From NCBI GenBank assembly GCA_050692535.1, contig JBOGVL010000001.1, positions 1-41,252 on the forward strand: DNA of 41,252 nucleotides. Direction: 5' to 3'. Shown here piece after piece: positions 7,577-17,512 of this stretch. The translations under genes were made by a program, and so were the position numbers. The notes beneath the pieces were generated by a model. It did not search any database. It was given only the letters and a program-made list of their open reading frames with translations, and had not been told where the DNA came from. Origin of the DNA: Actinomycetota bacterium. GTDB taxonomy: Bacteria; Actinomycetota; UBA4738; HRBIN12. The number at the start of each line of letters is the position of its first letter. The first letter of the stretch is position 1.

Positions 7577-9052
7577 TCAGTTCTGGCGGTTGAACCACAC
7601 CCCCCCGGGCCCGGCCCAGCTCAGACCCTCTCCCCACGTGGCAATCGTCTTGCCGGTGCTTGTGATGGCCAACTCCCCGTAGTCGCCGTAGACCTCGTCG
7701 AACCCGTCCTCGTGTTTGTACGCGGCGCCAGACGTCACGTCCGAGATCCTGACCGGCGCGCTCCACGAGGCGCCACCGTTGTTCGAGCTCCGATAGAAGA
7801 CGTTCCAGGCGTCGGGGTCGTCACCGTTGATGGTCTGCATGTACCAGGCGCGGACGTCGCCGTCCCCGCGCGACTCCACGGCGGGAGAGGTCGCGTTCTC
7901 GCCGGCCACCGAGAGGGCGACTCGGCTGCTCCACGTTCGGCCGCCGTCGGTCGACCGTCGGGCGAAGATCTGCTGCGGGCCGAGATCGGTCGTCGCGCCA
8001 TCGTAGAGCAGCACAAGGTTCCCGGCGTCATCGGCCGAGACTGCGTCGTGCCCGATATAGAAGTCGGGAGAGCAGCCCGCGGCGACGCACGCCTCGCCTA
8101 CGTTCACGGTGTCGACGACACGGTCCTCCCACGTGGCCCCCGCGTCGCGCGAGATGAAGACGTGGTGGTTCACGATGCCCTCGGGCGCGCCGCCCGGGCC
8201 CGAGTAGGCGATGTCGCTCTGCGCGAAGACGACCGTGCCGTCGTGCAGTACGTCGGCGTCGAACGCGAAGAAGTAGCGGCCCGAGTCGACGAGCTTCAGC
8301 TGGGTCCACGTCTGTCCGTAGTCGTGGGACTGCGCGACCCAGGGGTCACCGCCGGTTGGGCCATTCCACGAGATGTAGACGTCCCGGCCGTCGTCGCTCG
8401 TCGCGAGCACCGGCTTGTCGTTCCACGAGACGTTCCCGTACGTCTTGACCGGCGCCGACCACGTCGTGCCGTGGTCGACCGAGCTCGTGAACACCACGTT
8501 GAAGCCGTTCAGGTAGGCGGCGTAGACGGCACCGGTGTTCGGGACGACCTCGACGACCGGGTCGTACTGCCAGGACCCCTTGCACGCGCAGAGCGGCCGT
8601 TGCGGCGCCCATGTCTTCCCGCCGTCCGACGAGACGTGCAGCGAAATGTGGGGGACCGGGCAGTTGCCGGGGCAAGGTTTCGGCCCGAAGTGGGTCGTCA
8701 TCAGATAAACGAACGGAGCGTTTGGGTCCGCAGCGATGGCCGGCTCCCAATCGTCCGCCACGGGGTCGATGGCCTGCTCGCCGGCCCAGCCGGGCGCCGG
8801 CGGTCCCGCGGCCGTTGCTCGGACATGCCACGCGACGCCGCTGGCGTTCGCCTCCGCGAGCGCCTCCAACCGTTCCTCCGTCTGTTCGGACAACTCCTGC
8901 TGGACCTCGGGGCCGCCGCCCCGTGCCGCAGGCTGACCGCCGAACCGAGCCGGGCCCGTCGGCGCGAGGAGCCACGCCAGAAACAACGCCAGGAACAACG
9001 CACCAGCCACCAGTTCCACGGCCAACGCGGTGCGTCGAGCTCGAGCCGTCAT
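7577..9052 (-). CDS. BNR/Asp-box repeat (sialidase-fold beta-propeller) protein with N-terminal membrane anchor
   Basis: Six SxDxGxTW-type boxes are present (SSDGGKTW, SVDHGTTW, SHDYGQTW, SRDAGATW, STDGGRTW, SNNGGASW). ATG 9052 follows GGAGGGGG, and the protein starts with a TM/signal anchor. Confidence 0.8.
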   Translation of the reverse strand: MTARARRTALAVELVAGALFLALFLAWLLAPTGPARFGGQPAARGGGPEVQQELSEQTEERLEALAEANASGVAWHVRATAAGPPAPGWAGEQAIDPVADDWEPAIAADPNAPFVYLMTTHFGPKPCPGNCPVPHISLHVSSDGGKTWAPQRPLCACKGSWQYDPVVEVVPNTGAVYAAYLNGFNVVFTSSVDHGTTWSAPVKTYGNVSWNDKPVLATSDDGRDVYISWNGPTGGDPWVAQSHDYGQTWTQLKLVDSGRYFFAFDADVLHDGTVVFAQSDIAYSGPGGAPEGIVNHHVFISRDAGATWEDRVVDTVNVGEACVAAGCSPDFYIGHDAVSADDAGNLVLLYDGATTDLGPQQIFARRSTDGGRTWSSRVALSVAGENATSPAVESRGDGDVRAWYMQTINGDDPDAWNVFYRSSNNGGASWSAPVRISDVTSGAAYKHEDGFDEVYGDYGELAITSTGKTIATWGEGLSWAGPGGVWFNRQN

Positions 9053-9533
9053 TGCCCCCTCCTCGATCGCGTGGCGCCTTCCTATCACGACCCTGGCGAG
9101 CACGTCTCGGCCGGTCACCGAACGGGCCGACCACCGTCGAGGATCAAGCGGGGATTCCGCCGAGGATCCGGTGACGCCCCCTCAATAGGCCTACGATATG
9201 GACATGCTCCGCCTCAGGGTCGACCTGTCCGGCGAGGCCGACGCAGGTGCCCCCCGCGGACTCACCTGAACTGACCACGAGGGCGCAGGGGCCCATCTCG
9301 TTCTCCACCGATCGGCGTCCGTATGAAGCTGTGCTCGTGGGTCAGTGGATGTGCGCAGGCGACCTCGAGCGACGCCGAACTCTGCGAGTACCACGACAAG
9401 GTCTCGGGAGGTCTCTCCGCGAGAGCGCGGAGGCCGGCAAGGTGGCGGCCCGTCGGCTCCTTCGGCGGCAGCGCGGTGCTCCGGGACGCCGCGATGAGCG
9501 GCGCGGACCTCCCGAACTGATGGAGGAGGGACC

Positions 9534-9788
9534 ATGAGCAGCCCGACGGAGCGGATGAACTCGGACCAGCGCAACGTCTATTTCGAGCCGCCTCACTACA
9601 CACCCGACGAGATCGACGCGGTGCTGTCCGACGGGACCCACCTGAAGGCGGCCTACCAGCTCGAAGGGCGGCGCCTCGGGTTTAGCCGCTCGCTGCCGGT
9701 CGGAACGCTCATCCTGCTGGACGGGGTTCGCGGCTGGGTCGTCGGATCGCCGACGCCCGCGGGCTTGGACGAGCAGGCCCCCGCCTAG
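9534..9788 (+). CDS. Hypothetical protein (84 aa)
   Basis: ATG 9534 is preceded by GGAGGAGGG. I recognise no family. Confidence 0.45.
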   Translation: MSSPTERMNSDQRNVYFEPPHYTPDEIDAVLSDGTHLKAAYQLEGRRLGFSRSLPVGTLILLDGVRGWVVGSPTPAGLDEQAPA

Positions 9789-10019
9789 CGCAGCTCAGGG
9801 GGCGAGCAATCGGTCGATGAACGCGGATCTCCGGCTCCCAGGTGACCGGCCCACATCCCGGTGAAACACGGCGCAGGATTGATCATCGAGTGCTCCCCAC
9901 GGCGAAGCGGGTTCCCGAGCTGGCAATCTGCAGATCTCACGGCTGGCCCGAACACGTGACGCCGGCGGCGCCCTCACACACCGGCCGCCGCCCGCGCGCC
10001 ACCGAAGTTCGGTTCGGAC

Positions 10020-11258
10020 TTGGGTCAACCGGTAGAGGCCTATCATGCGCCCACCTTGACTGTGTGCGGCCCGAGGGAGCTGGCGGACCGGGCGGGCGTG
10101 CCCGCCCCCTTCGTGGATCGGCTCGTCGAGCTCGGGATCGTGACCGCGGCCGAGGACGGAACGTTCTCCGAGGCTGACGCGTATCGCGTGCGGTTCGTAC
10201 GGTCCTCCGATCGAGGTGGCCTCTCGGTCGAGGCGATCGCTCGAGCCATCCGGGAGGGTCGTTTCTCGCTCGCGTTCCTGGACGGTCCCCAATTCCGCTG
10301 GGCCTCGCTGTCGCCCCGGACCTACGCGGAGGTCGCCGAGGAGCTGGGCCTTCCCCTCGACTTCGTCCTTGCATCCGAGGAGGCCTTGGGCAAGGTCCGC
10401 CCCGAGCCGGACGACGCGGCCCCCGACGACCTCTTCGCGATGCTCGAGTTCCCGCGCGTGGCCTTCGATGCGGGGGTCGACGCTCAGACGCACCTGCGCA
10501 TCATCCGCGTCTACGCGGACGCACTCCGCCGGATCGCGGAGTCCGAGGGCGATGTGTTCCACCGGTTCATCGAGATGCCGCGTCTGGAGGCCGGGCTCAG
10601 CCATGGCGAGATGCTGGATGCCGTGAATCCCATCGGCGCCGTGCTCGCGCCCAGCATGGAGCGATTTCTCCTCGCGACCTACCGCCGCCAGCAGGAGCGG
10701 GTATGGACCGACGACGGCGTGCTGCACATGGAAAGCGCGATCGAAGCGATGGGGCTGTACGAACGGCCCGAACGCCCGACCGCGTTCACGTTTCTCGACC
10801 TCACCGGCTACACCAGGCTCACCGAGGAACGAGGCGACGAGGCCGCCGCGGGGCTCGCCGCTGACCTGACCCAGCTCGTGCAGGGGGAGGTGGGCCGTCG
10901 CGACGGGAAGGCGGTCAAGTGGCTCGGCGACGGCGTCATGTTCTCGTTCCGCGACGCAGCGGCGGCTGTGCTCGCGACGATCGAGGTCGGCCGTCGAACG
11001 GGCGAGGTCGGCCTTCCTCCCGCCCACTCCGGCATCGCCGTCGGGCCCGTGATCTTCCAGGACGGCGACTACTACGGCCGAACCGTGAACCTCGCCGCCC
11101 GCCTTGCCGGGCTCGCGAATCCAGGCCAGACCCTGGTGGATGCCGAGGTCGTCCGACTCGCCGGGGGACGCGACGACGTGGGTTTCCGAGGCCTCGGTGC
11201 CGTTCCCTTGAAGGGGATGTTGGAACCCGTCAAGGTCTATGAGGCGCTGCCTCGGTGA
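10020..11258 (+). CDS. Class III adenylate/guanylate cyclase with N-terminal HTH-like regions
   Basis: The C-terminal catalytic domain reads FTFLDLTGYTRLTEERGD...KWLGDGVMFSF...GIAVGPVIFQDGDYYGRTVNLAARL. The N-terminus has MerR-like HTH segments (ELADRAGVPAPFVDRL). The start is uncertain: TTG 10020, TTG 10056 or GTG 10062. Confidence 0.8.
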   Translation: MGQPVEAYHAPTLTVCGPRELADRAGVPAPFVDRLVELGIVTAAEDGTFSEADAYRVRFVRSSDRGGLSVEAIARAIREGRFSLAFLDGPQFRWASLSPRTYAEVAEELGLPLDFVLASEEALGKVRPEPDDAAPDDLFAMLEFPRVAFDAGVDAQTHLRIIRVYADALRRIAESEGDVFHRFIEMPRLEAGLSHGEMLDAVNPIGAVLAPSMERFLLATYRRQQERVWTDDGVLHMESAIEAMGLYERPERPTAFTFLDLTGYTRLTEERGDEAAAGLAADLTQLVQGEVGRRDGKAVKWLGDGVMFSFRDAAAAVLATIEVGRRTGEVGLPPAHSGIAVGPVIFQDGDYYGRTVNLAARLAGLANPGQTLVDAEVVRLAGGRDDVGFRGLGAVPLKGMLEPVKVYEALPR

Positions 11259-11315
11259 ATGGTTGTTGTGGCGGGTGTGGGCCGCTGTGGCCACGCCGCC
11301 TTTGACAGACCATGA

Positions 11316-11349
11316 GACATGACTCCGCTCAGATGAGCGGAGTCATGTC
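11316..11349. terminator. Perfect 14-bp-stem hairpin downstream of the cyclase gene (no U-tract)
   Basis: gacatgactccgct (11316-11329) / loop cagatg / agcggagtcatgtc (11336-11349). Confidence 0.3.
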
Positions 11350-11651
11350 CTTCCACGCTCCGGAGGTGTGTTCCGGTGGCGGCGCCAACAGACCAGAACC
11401 TCGGTTGCGCTTCCCCTCGCCTCCAGAGCGTGGCTGTATGGGAGGAACAGCTCCAGCGCTCTCGGAATTCCTGCTTCGCCCCCGGGCGAGTTCTTGGTCG
11501 TCGTCCAGGTTGGCGAGTGAGCCGGCTCGACCGTGGCGCGGCCTGCGCCAACCAGGACAGGTAGATCCCGATGCCGGCATGCGGCCGCCCGTGGATGTAC
11601 TCCCCGAGGCGGCCGCGACCGACATCGTCGTGTTCGGCGATCTGACAGCCT

Positions 11652-11840
11652 TCACGCGCCGAGCGCCTTGAACCCTTCGTAGACCATGAACGCCGGCCAG
11701 AGGATCGCCTTGGGGAAGATCGCCCAGACGTACTCCCAGAACGAGTTGGCCTGCTGCCAGAAGTAGAACAACGCACCGAAGATCCCCACTGCGTAGAGCG
11801 CGCCTCCGCCAGCGGCGGCACCCTTGTCGCCCTTCGCCAT
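11652..11840 (-). CDS. Small hydrophobic membrane protein (62 aa)
   Basis: MAKGDKGAAAGGGALYAVGIFGALFYFWQQANSFWEYVWAIFPKAILWPAFMVYEGFKALGA, with a GAGAGGGG-type RBS upstream of ATG 11840. Confidence 0.5.
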   Translation of the reverse strand: MAKGDKGAAAGGGALYAVGIFGALFYFWQQANSFWEYVWAIFPKAILWPAFMVYEGFKALGA

Positions 11841-12111
11841 CGCCAACCCCTCTCGTCCGGCGACCCCAGCCCTGAGGCTATCTCGGTCTCGGCCCGCGTG
11901 GAGGCCGCGAGCGCGCCCGCACAGACGAATGACGAATATCGGGGCGATCGATCTTCGATGTGCTCGTGCGGACAACACGTGCTGGTCGGGGCACACTTGT
12001 CCAACGTGGACGACGAGGGCAGCTGAGCGGAGCAGTCCTGACCGAGATCAAGGGCAATCAAAGGCCTGTGTGGAAGGTCCCGCCCCCTGGAGTGGCCCCG
12101 CCCCCGGGGCG

Positions 12112-12501
12112 TTACACGACGGCGACGGCGTCGATCTCGACGAGGAATTCGGGGCCCAAGCCGGCGACGACGTGGACCGTGATGGCCGGCGGTGGGTCGG
12201 CCGGGTTCCACGCCTGCTGGAAGGCGGCGACACCCTCGTCGAACGCGTGGCCGTCCACCACGGCGATGGTCCAGTGCACGATGTTCGCCAGGCTCGCTCC
12301 CTCGCTCTCGAGGATGGTCGCGAGGTTGCGGAACGCCTGGCTGGCCTGCTCCCCGACGGTAGGACCGACGACCTTGCCGTCGACGTCGACGCCGTTCTGT
12401 CCGCCGATGTAGATCGTCTTCGCCGGCTGTTCGACCACGACGGCCTGGCTGAAGGCCGGGCTGCGGTGGAGTCCCTCGGGGTTGATGTGCCGTGTGCTCA
12501 T
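12112..12501 (-). CDS. RidA/YjgF/L-PSP family protein
   Basis: ATG 12501 follows AGAGGAGGG. The sequence reads ...SQAVVVEQPAKTIYIGGQNGVD...FRNLATILE...VEIDAVAV. Confidence 0.9.
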   Translation of the reverse strand: MSTRHINPEGLHRSPAFSQAVVVEQPAKTIYIGGQNGVDVDGKVVGPTVGEQASQAFRNLATILESEGASLANIVHWTIAVVDGHAFDEGVAAFQQAWNPADPPPAITVHVVAGLGPEFLVEIDAVAVV

Positions 12502-12647
12502 GTGTCGCCCTCCTCTGACGATGACACCAGTCACAGTAGGCCCAGGTGTACGCACGAGGAGCTCCTTCCGCCGATTGAGACGGTCGGTGCTTCGTCCGGC
12601 CGGATGGGTGGATTCGTCAGCGAATCTGCTGTGTCGATCTCAAACAG

Positions 12648-12857
12648 CTACTCGGCGCGATCCCGTGTCGGCACAAGACGGAACGGATGACCTGCCGGGT
12701 CGGCGAAGACCCGCGAGCGGTCGGGCCCCGACCGTCGAACGGCCGGCACATCGCGACCGTCATCGTCGTTCACGACTCCGGGCGGCTCCATCCCGAGGCG
12801 ATCATTCTCACGACGACCGCGCCGAGGAAGTCGGAAATCCGGGGTTACGTGTGTCAC
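12648..12857 (-). pseudogene. Possible C-terminal remnant of a VOC-family gene
   Basis: The ORF tail ...RVFADPAGHPFRLV matches the conserved C-terminus of the intact VOC gene at 17034-17417 (QVYADPAGHPFCLC). The rest is not VOC-like and there is no credible N-terminus. Confidence 0.3.
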
Positions 12858-13438
12858 TTCACGAGTTCGAATCGGAGGTGGGTGGCGCCCGGTGTCTCGA
12901 TCGAATTCGTCCTCCGCAGTTCGATTCCCTCAGGGTCGAGATCCTCGAAGAGCCGGACGCCGCCGCCGAGGAGTAAGGGGATCAAGTGGATCTGCATCTC
13001 GTCCAGCAGCCCGGCCTCCAGGTACTGCCTCATGATGTTCGCTCCGCCCCAGATGCCGACGTTCTTGTCGCCGGCGGCAGCACGGGCCAGCTCGAGTGTG
13101 GCCTCGATCCCATCCGTCACGAACGTGTAGGTCGTACCGCCCTGCATTGGCAGAGGCTCTCGCGCTTCGTGAGTCACGATGAACACCGGCATCCCGTAGG
13201 GCGGAGGGTCGCCCCACGGCTCGAAACCGACGTCGAACATCCGCTTCCCGATCACGACCGCCCCGGTCGAAGCAAAGAGCTCGTCCACGATCGCGGCGTC
13301 GGTCTCCGTCTTGGCATCGAACTGCCAGTCGGAAAGTCGACCGGGGTCGTTTCCCTCCAACGGGCTTCCGACGCCTGCTTTGGGATCAGTGATGAAACCA
13401 TCGAGCGACATCGAGACGTGGGACGTGACCTTGCTCAT
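12854..13438 (-). CDS. Dihydrofolate-reductase-like (RibD_C) family protein
   Basis: ATG 13438 follows GAAGAGGAGGG. The sequence reads MSKVTSHVSMSLDGFI...VVIGKRMFD...DEMQIHLIPLLLG. Confidence 0.9.
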   Translation of the reverse strand: MSKVTSHVSMSLDGFITDPKAGVGSPLEGNDPGRLSDWQFDAKTETDAAIVDELFASTGAVVIGKRMFDVGFEPWGDPPPYGMPVFIVTHEAREPLPMQGGTTYTFVTDGIEATLELARAAAGDKNVGIWGGANIMRQYLEAGLLDEMQIHLIPLLLGGGVRLFEDLDPEGIELRRTNSIETPGATHLRFELVK

Positions 13439-13651
13439 CGCACCCTCCTCTTCAGGGACGCTCTGTTCTCGGCATTGGACGCCGCAAAGGATCAAGAATC
13501 ATCGGGTCCGGGTCGTCGCAGATGGCCTCGGTGTCCCCTTCGCGAACGCGTCCGCGTGTCCGACGCACCCGGCGACGAACCCGTCCAGGGACATGGACAT
13601 CTCCCGGTAGGCGGTTCCTCGTCTCACGCCATCCCCTTCATCTCCGCCCGC

Positions 13652-14092
13652 TCAGGTCGCGGGCCGTGTCTGGATCCTGGCCACGAGCCCGTCCAGGAAC
13701 TCGTTCCAGCCTTCGGTGAACCCTCGTTCGAGGTCGCCGGAGGGGACCCCGCGTTGAGTGAGCGTGAGGAGCGTCCGTTCATCCAGCCATTGAAGGCTGA
13801 TCTCCATCAGCGATTCGACGTGGGATCCATCCGGCCACTCGGTGGTCGACGCGTAGACGAGGCGGTGTGGCCTGTCCACGGTGTGGAAGACGTTCCGCTC
13901 GACATAGGGCGCCGAGGACGGGCCGAACCGGATGATCCACTCGCCTCCGACGCGGAGATCGCACTCGGACTCCACGACCGAGTCGGGCCCCCCCGCCCTG
14001 AGCGCGCGTTGTGCATCGGGATCCGTGTACGCGTCGAACACGACGTCCGGGGGCGCGTCGAACCATCGCTGGAGGTGGATGCCCGGGGTCAC
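13652..14092 (-). CDS. SRPBCC (AHSA1/START-like) domain protein
   Basis: An in-frame GTG at 14092 overlaps the arsR-like stop as GTGA (translational coupling). The sequence reads ...HLQRWFDAPPDVVFDAYTDP... Confidence 0.8.
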   Translation of the reverse strand: MTPGIHLQRWFDAPPDVVFDAYTDPDAQRALRAGGPDSVVESECDLRVGGEWIIRFGPSSAPYVERNVFHTVDRPHRLVYASTTEWPDGSHVESLMEISLQWLDERTLLTLTQRGVPSGDLERGFTEGWNEFLDGLVARIQTRPAT

Positions 14093-14433
14093 GCGCGTCG
14101 CCCCGAACGAGTCGAGACGTGGCGGTCGAGCGCGTCGAGCCGCCGTTCCCACATGCGAAACGTCTCGATCCATTGCCAAGCTTCGTCGAGGCGTTCCGGG
14201 CCGAGCGTGCATTCCCGGACCCTGCCCACTTTCTCCGTCGTGAGCAGTTGCGTCTCCTCGAGGACGCGCACGTGTTCCAGGACCGTGGGAAGGGCAATCC
14301 CGAAGGGTCGTGCCAGCTCGCTGATCGACGCCGGGCCCGTGGAGACGAGCTGCAGGATGCTGCGGCGGGTCGGGTCGGCCAGCGCGCCGAACGTCCGGTC
14401 GAGCGACACATACTTAGGCATGTGGCTAACCAT
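14089..14433 (-). CDS. ArsR/SmtB family transcriptional regulator
   Basis: ALADPTRRSILQLV...ISELARPFGIALPTVLEHVRVLEETQLL is a winged HTH. The ArsR+SRPBCC pairing is canonical. Confidence 0.85.
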   Translation of the reverse strand: MVSHMPKYVSLDRTFGALADPTRRSILQLVSTGPASISELARPFGIALPTVLEHVRVLEETQLLTTEKVGRVRECTLGPERLDEAWQWIETFRMWERRLDALDRHVSTRSGRRA

Positions 14434-14733
14434 ATTGCAACGACATCGATCAAGTCAACGCGGCGTATCGGAGGGGCGGGAGCTCCCGGCAAGAGTCGAA
14501 CCCGCAAGCGGGGCGCACGGATTCGAGCCAATCATGGCCCACGTGTGGGGCATCGTCGGGCCCCCAACTGGCGCAGAAGCTTCGGCGACCAACGGGAAGC
14601 CTTGCAGACTGAAAGCGCAGATGAGAGCTCATTTCGTCCTCGACGCTCCTTGGGCGAAAGTGGTACAGGTGAGGCGAAGATCGTCGTTGCTGAGGATTCG
14701 ATTGAGAGGTTCCACCGTGGGTAGGACGCAGTC

Positions 14734-15186
14734 GTGACGGACGATCGCCCGTACATCCAGGTCAACGACCGCGAGCGCGAGCGTCTCCGGAAGTTCATCA
14801 ACAGGCTGGACGACGATGCCCTCGCAGCACCGGCCAACGAGTACTGGACGGTCGCGGGCGTGCTGGGGCACATGGCGTACTGGGACAACCGGGTGCTCGT
14901 CTTCGCCGACAAGATCGATCGCGGCGAGCCGTGGGTCCCGTCGGATGCCGAACCGGAGGGTGACTGGCTCACCGATTCGACCCGCGCGATCATCCATGCC
15001 ATCGCACCGAGGGCGGCAGCCGAACTCGCCCTGCGGATCGCGGAGGAGACAGACGCACGCGTAGCCGAGCTGCCCCTGGACCGGATGGCTCCGCTCGACC
15101 CGGAGAGTCCCATCTCTCCAGCCCGCGGCGAGCACCGAGCTGAGCACCTCGACGAGTTGGAGCGAGCTCTCCGCGACCGCGGCTGA
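14734..15186 (+). CDS. DinB-family (four-helix bundle) protein
   Basis: GTG start. The GVLGHMAYWDNRV motif is present. It is similar to 22188-22649 (HMAFWDRFV). Confidence 0.7.
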   Translation: MTDDRPYIQVNDRERERLRKFINRLDDDALAAPANEYWTVAGVLGHMAYWDNRVLVFADKIDRGEPWVPSDAEPEGDWLTDSTRAIIHAIAPRAAAELALRIAEETDARVAELPLDRMAPLDPESPISPARGEHRAEHLDELERALRDRG

Positions 15187-15398
15187 ACGACGCTCGCTCG
15201 GGATCGCCGCTCAGACCGATGTCGACGCATGACGCACTGTTGTCGGCGGATCGAGAGGGGCGGGTAGCGCAGGCACGAAGAACATCGCGGGACGTGGGCG
15301 TTCGTGCTCCGCTATCCACGCCTGACGGAGGCCTCACGCGCCCCGGCGCACGAGATCTCTACCGACGACCCGTTCCTGGCACCAACTAAGCTGGTGAC

Positions 15399-15803
15399 GT
15401 GCCGATCACCTATACGTGGCGTGGCGCCTTCACCAACACCGAGCTGAACGAAATGCACGCCGAGGCCTTCGAGACCCGCGTCTACGACGAGGCTGAGTGG
15501 AACTGGCTGGAGCAGGTTCACCGGCACAGCCTCGGTTGGGTGGTCGCACGAGAGGGCGCGATACTCGTCGGGTTCGTGAACGTGCCCTGGGACGGGCTCG
15601 TGCACGCCTGGATTCAGGACACGATGGTCGCCGAGGCGGCGCGTCACCAGGGGGTCGGGGCAGAGCTGGTGGCCGTCGCGGTGACGGAGACTCGCGGTGC
15701 GGGATGTGAGTGGATGCACGTCGACTTCGACGACCATCTCCGTCCCTTTTACTTTGACGCCTGCGGCTTCACTCCAACCAATGCGGGTCTGATCGAGTTG
15801 TAG
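15399..15803 (+). CDS. GNAT family N-acetyltransferase
   Basis: 134 aa with a GTG start. It has the acetyl-CoA loop RHQGVGAELV and the tail FYFDACGF. Confidence 0.8.
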   Translation: MPITYTWRGAFTNTELNEMHAEAFETRVYDEAEWNWLEQVHRHSLGWVVAREGAILVGFVNVPWDGLVHAWIQDTMVAEAARHQGVGAELVAVAVTETRGAGCEWMHVDFDDHLRPFYFDACGFTPTNAGLIEL

Positions 15804-15961
15804 ATCTCTTCAGGCGCTGACATGCACGATATGTCCACGCGCCCCAGCGCGGGGTGCCGCCCGATTGCGCCTGGCTCCTCCACGACATCATCCGGGCCGA
15901 TCCCGAGCGCATGGTGGACGTCGAGCGCTCGATGCGTGATGCACCCGGGTAGGGTTCTTCG

Positions 15962-16822
15962 ATGCCCGCCGCGACGCTGAACGTCGGAAACGTTGAGATC
16001 ACAGCGATCCTCGACGTCGACACGTCGATGCCGCTCGCCGAGGTGTTCGATGGGAGCGGCGACCCTCCACCCGGCGGATCAGAGTCCCTTGCTGCGAGGT
16101 ATCCGGACGACTTCACCGCCGACGCGTGGCACTTCCGCGACCACTGCTTCCTGGTCCGTACGCCGACGCGCCTGACCTTGATCGACACGGGCGTCGGCCC
16201 GACCGACTCGGCCTTCGGACGATGGCTCGGCGTCGGTGGGACGCTGCCGGACGAACTGGCCGAGCTCGGCGTGATGCCGGACGACGTTGACGACGTCATC
16301 CTCACCCACATCCACTCGGACCACACAGGGTGGAACACGACGCTGTCGTCGAGCGGATGGGTCCCGCGGTTCTCGAATGCCCGGTACCACCTCCATGACG
16401 CCGACGTCGCGTGGATGCGAGGCTTCGTCGATGAGGAGGACGTCCGGGAGTTCGCCGAGGCGATCGCCCCCCTCGAGTCAGCGGGGCAGCTCGACACGAC
16501 CATCGAGGACCGCGAGTTGTCGCCCGGCCTGAGCCTGCGACACGCGCCGGGTCACACCCCGGGACACCGGTGCGTTCTCTTGGACACCGGCGGCGAGCGG
16601 GTGCTCTTCGCCGGAGACCTCTTGCACTTCACGTTCCAGCTGAACGACCCTGGGTTCCGCTCACCAGGCGACGATGATCCGGAGGAGGGAAGCCGCACAC
16701 GGGCCGCGTGGCTCGACCAAGCGGAGTCGGAGGGTCTGACGCTCGCGACCGCGCATGTTCCACCGTCCCCCATTGGTCGGATCGTCCGTGAAAGGGGACA
16801 GCGGCTGCTCCGGCGTCGCTAG
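15962..16822 (+). CDS. MBL-fold metallo-hydrolase
   Basis: The HxHxDH motif (THIHSDHTGW) and downstream His/Asp ligands (HAPGHTPGH) are present. Confidence 0.9.
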   Translation: MPAATLNVGNVEITAILDVDTSMPLAEVFDGSGDPPPGGSESLAARYPDDFTADAWHFRDHCFLVRTPTRLTLIDTGVGPTDSAFGRWLGVGGTLPDELAELGVMPDDVDDVILTHIHSDHTGWNTTLSSSGWVPRFSNARYHLHDADVAWMRGFVDEEDVREFAEAIAPLESAGQLDTTIEDRELSPGLSLRHAPGHTPGHRCVLLDTGGERVLFAGDLLHFTFQLNDPGFRSPGDDDPEEGSRTRAAWLDQAESEGLTLATAHVPPSPIGRIVRERGQRLLRRR

Positions 16823-17033
16823 GGGAACCTCTCGACCGCTTTCATCGGCGCCAACCCGTGGCGAGCAAGGTCGAGACCCATCGATGTCTGGATAGGAGAG
16901 GCCACGCGCGCCCCAGCGCGTGAGGTCTCCTTCGGCCTGTCCTGGCGTACGCGTTAGGAACGTTGTCGGCGCAGATGAAGTTACGCTCCACCATCGGCGT
17001 AGGCCAGCCTGGTCTCCGTGGAAGGGATGGACG

Positions 17034-17417
17034 ATGCGTATCAATCATCAGGTCGTCGTGTTCGACGCCGCCGATCTCGCGGCCGAGAGCAGTTTCTGGG
17101 CCGCGGTGCTCGAGGGCACCGTCGATCCTGAGGACGACTGGCACATGGTGATGGTCAACGGCGAACCGCGGGTCGGGGTTCAGCTGGCGCCCAACCACAT
17201 CCCGCCCGACTGGCCCGACGGAACACCGCCCCAACAGATCCACCTCGACCTGTGGGTCGAGGACTTCGGGCCCGCCCACGACCGCGTCATGTCGCTGGGT
17301 GCGAAAGTGCTGAAGCCGGCGGAGGACGTCGACTCCGGCGACAACTTCCAGGTCTATGCGGATCCTGCCGGGCACCCGTTCTGCCTGTGCTGGGTTCAAC
17401 GCGACGAGCGGCGGTAG
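17034..17417 (+). CDS. VOC/glyoxalase-like family protein
   Basis: ATG 17034. The sequence reads MRINHQVVVFDAADL...FWAAVLEG...IHLDLWVED...QVYADPAGHPFCLC. Confidence 0.85.
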   Translation: MRINHQVVVFDAADLAAESSFWAAVLEGTVDPEDDWHMVMVNGEPRVGVQLAPNHIPPDWPDGTPPQQIHLDLWVEDFGPAHDRVMSLGAKVLKPAEDVDSGDNFQVYADPAGHPFCLCWVQRDERR

Positions 17418-17512
17418 CCTGCCTCATCGATCCCGCCAACAGAACACGCTCAGATCCGGCTGAAGACGTCTTGGCGATTGACTCGCAACTTTCCTGGTGC
17501 TTGGCTCCGCGC

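Noticed and set aside
6665-9274. Very long ORFs such as 6665-9274(+), 9795-11294(-), 20832-22739(+), 28596-30281(+) and 12986-14737(+).
   Set aside because: They run antisense to or out of frame with genes that have clear family signatures. Their products are Arg/Pro/Gly-rich low-complexity sequence, typical of shadow frames in high-GC DNA.
9323-9520. A 65-aa Cys-containing ORF (CSWVSGC...CEYH) just upstream of 9534-9788.
   Set aside because: It has no RBS, the second half is Arg/Ala-rich shadow-like sequence, and I recognise no family. It may be real, but it is unsupported.
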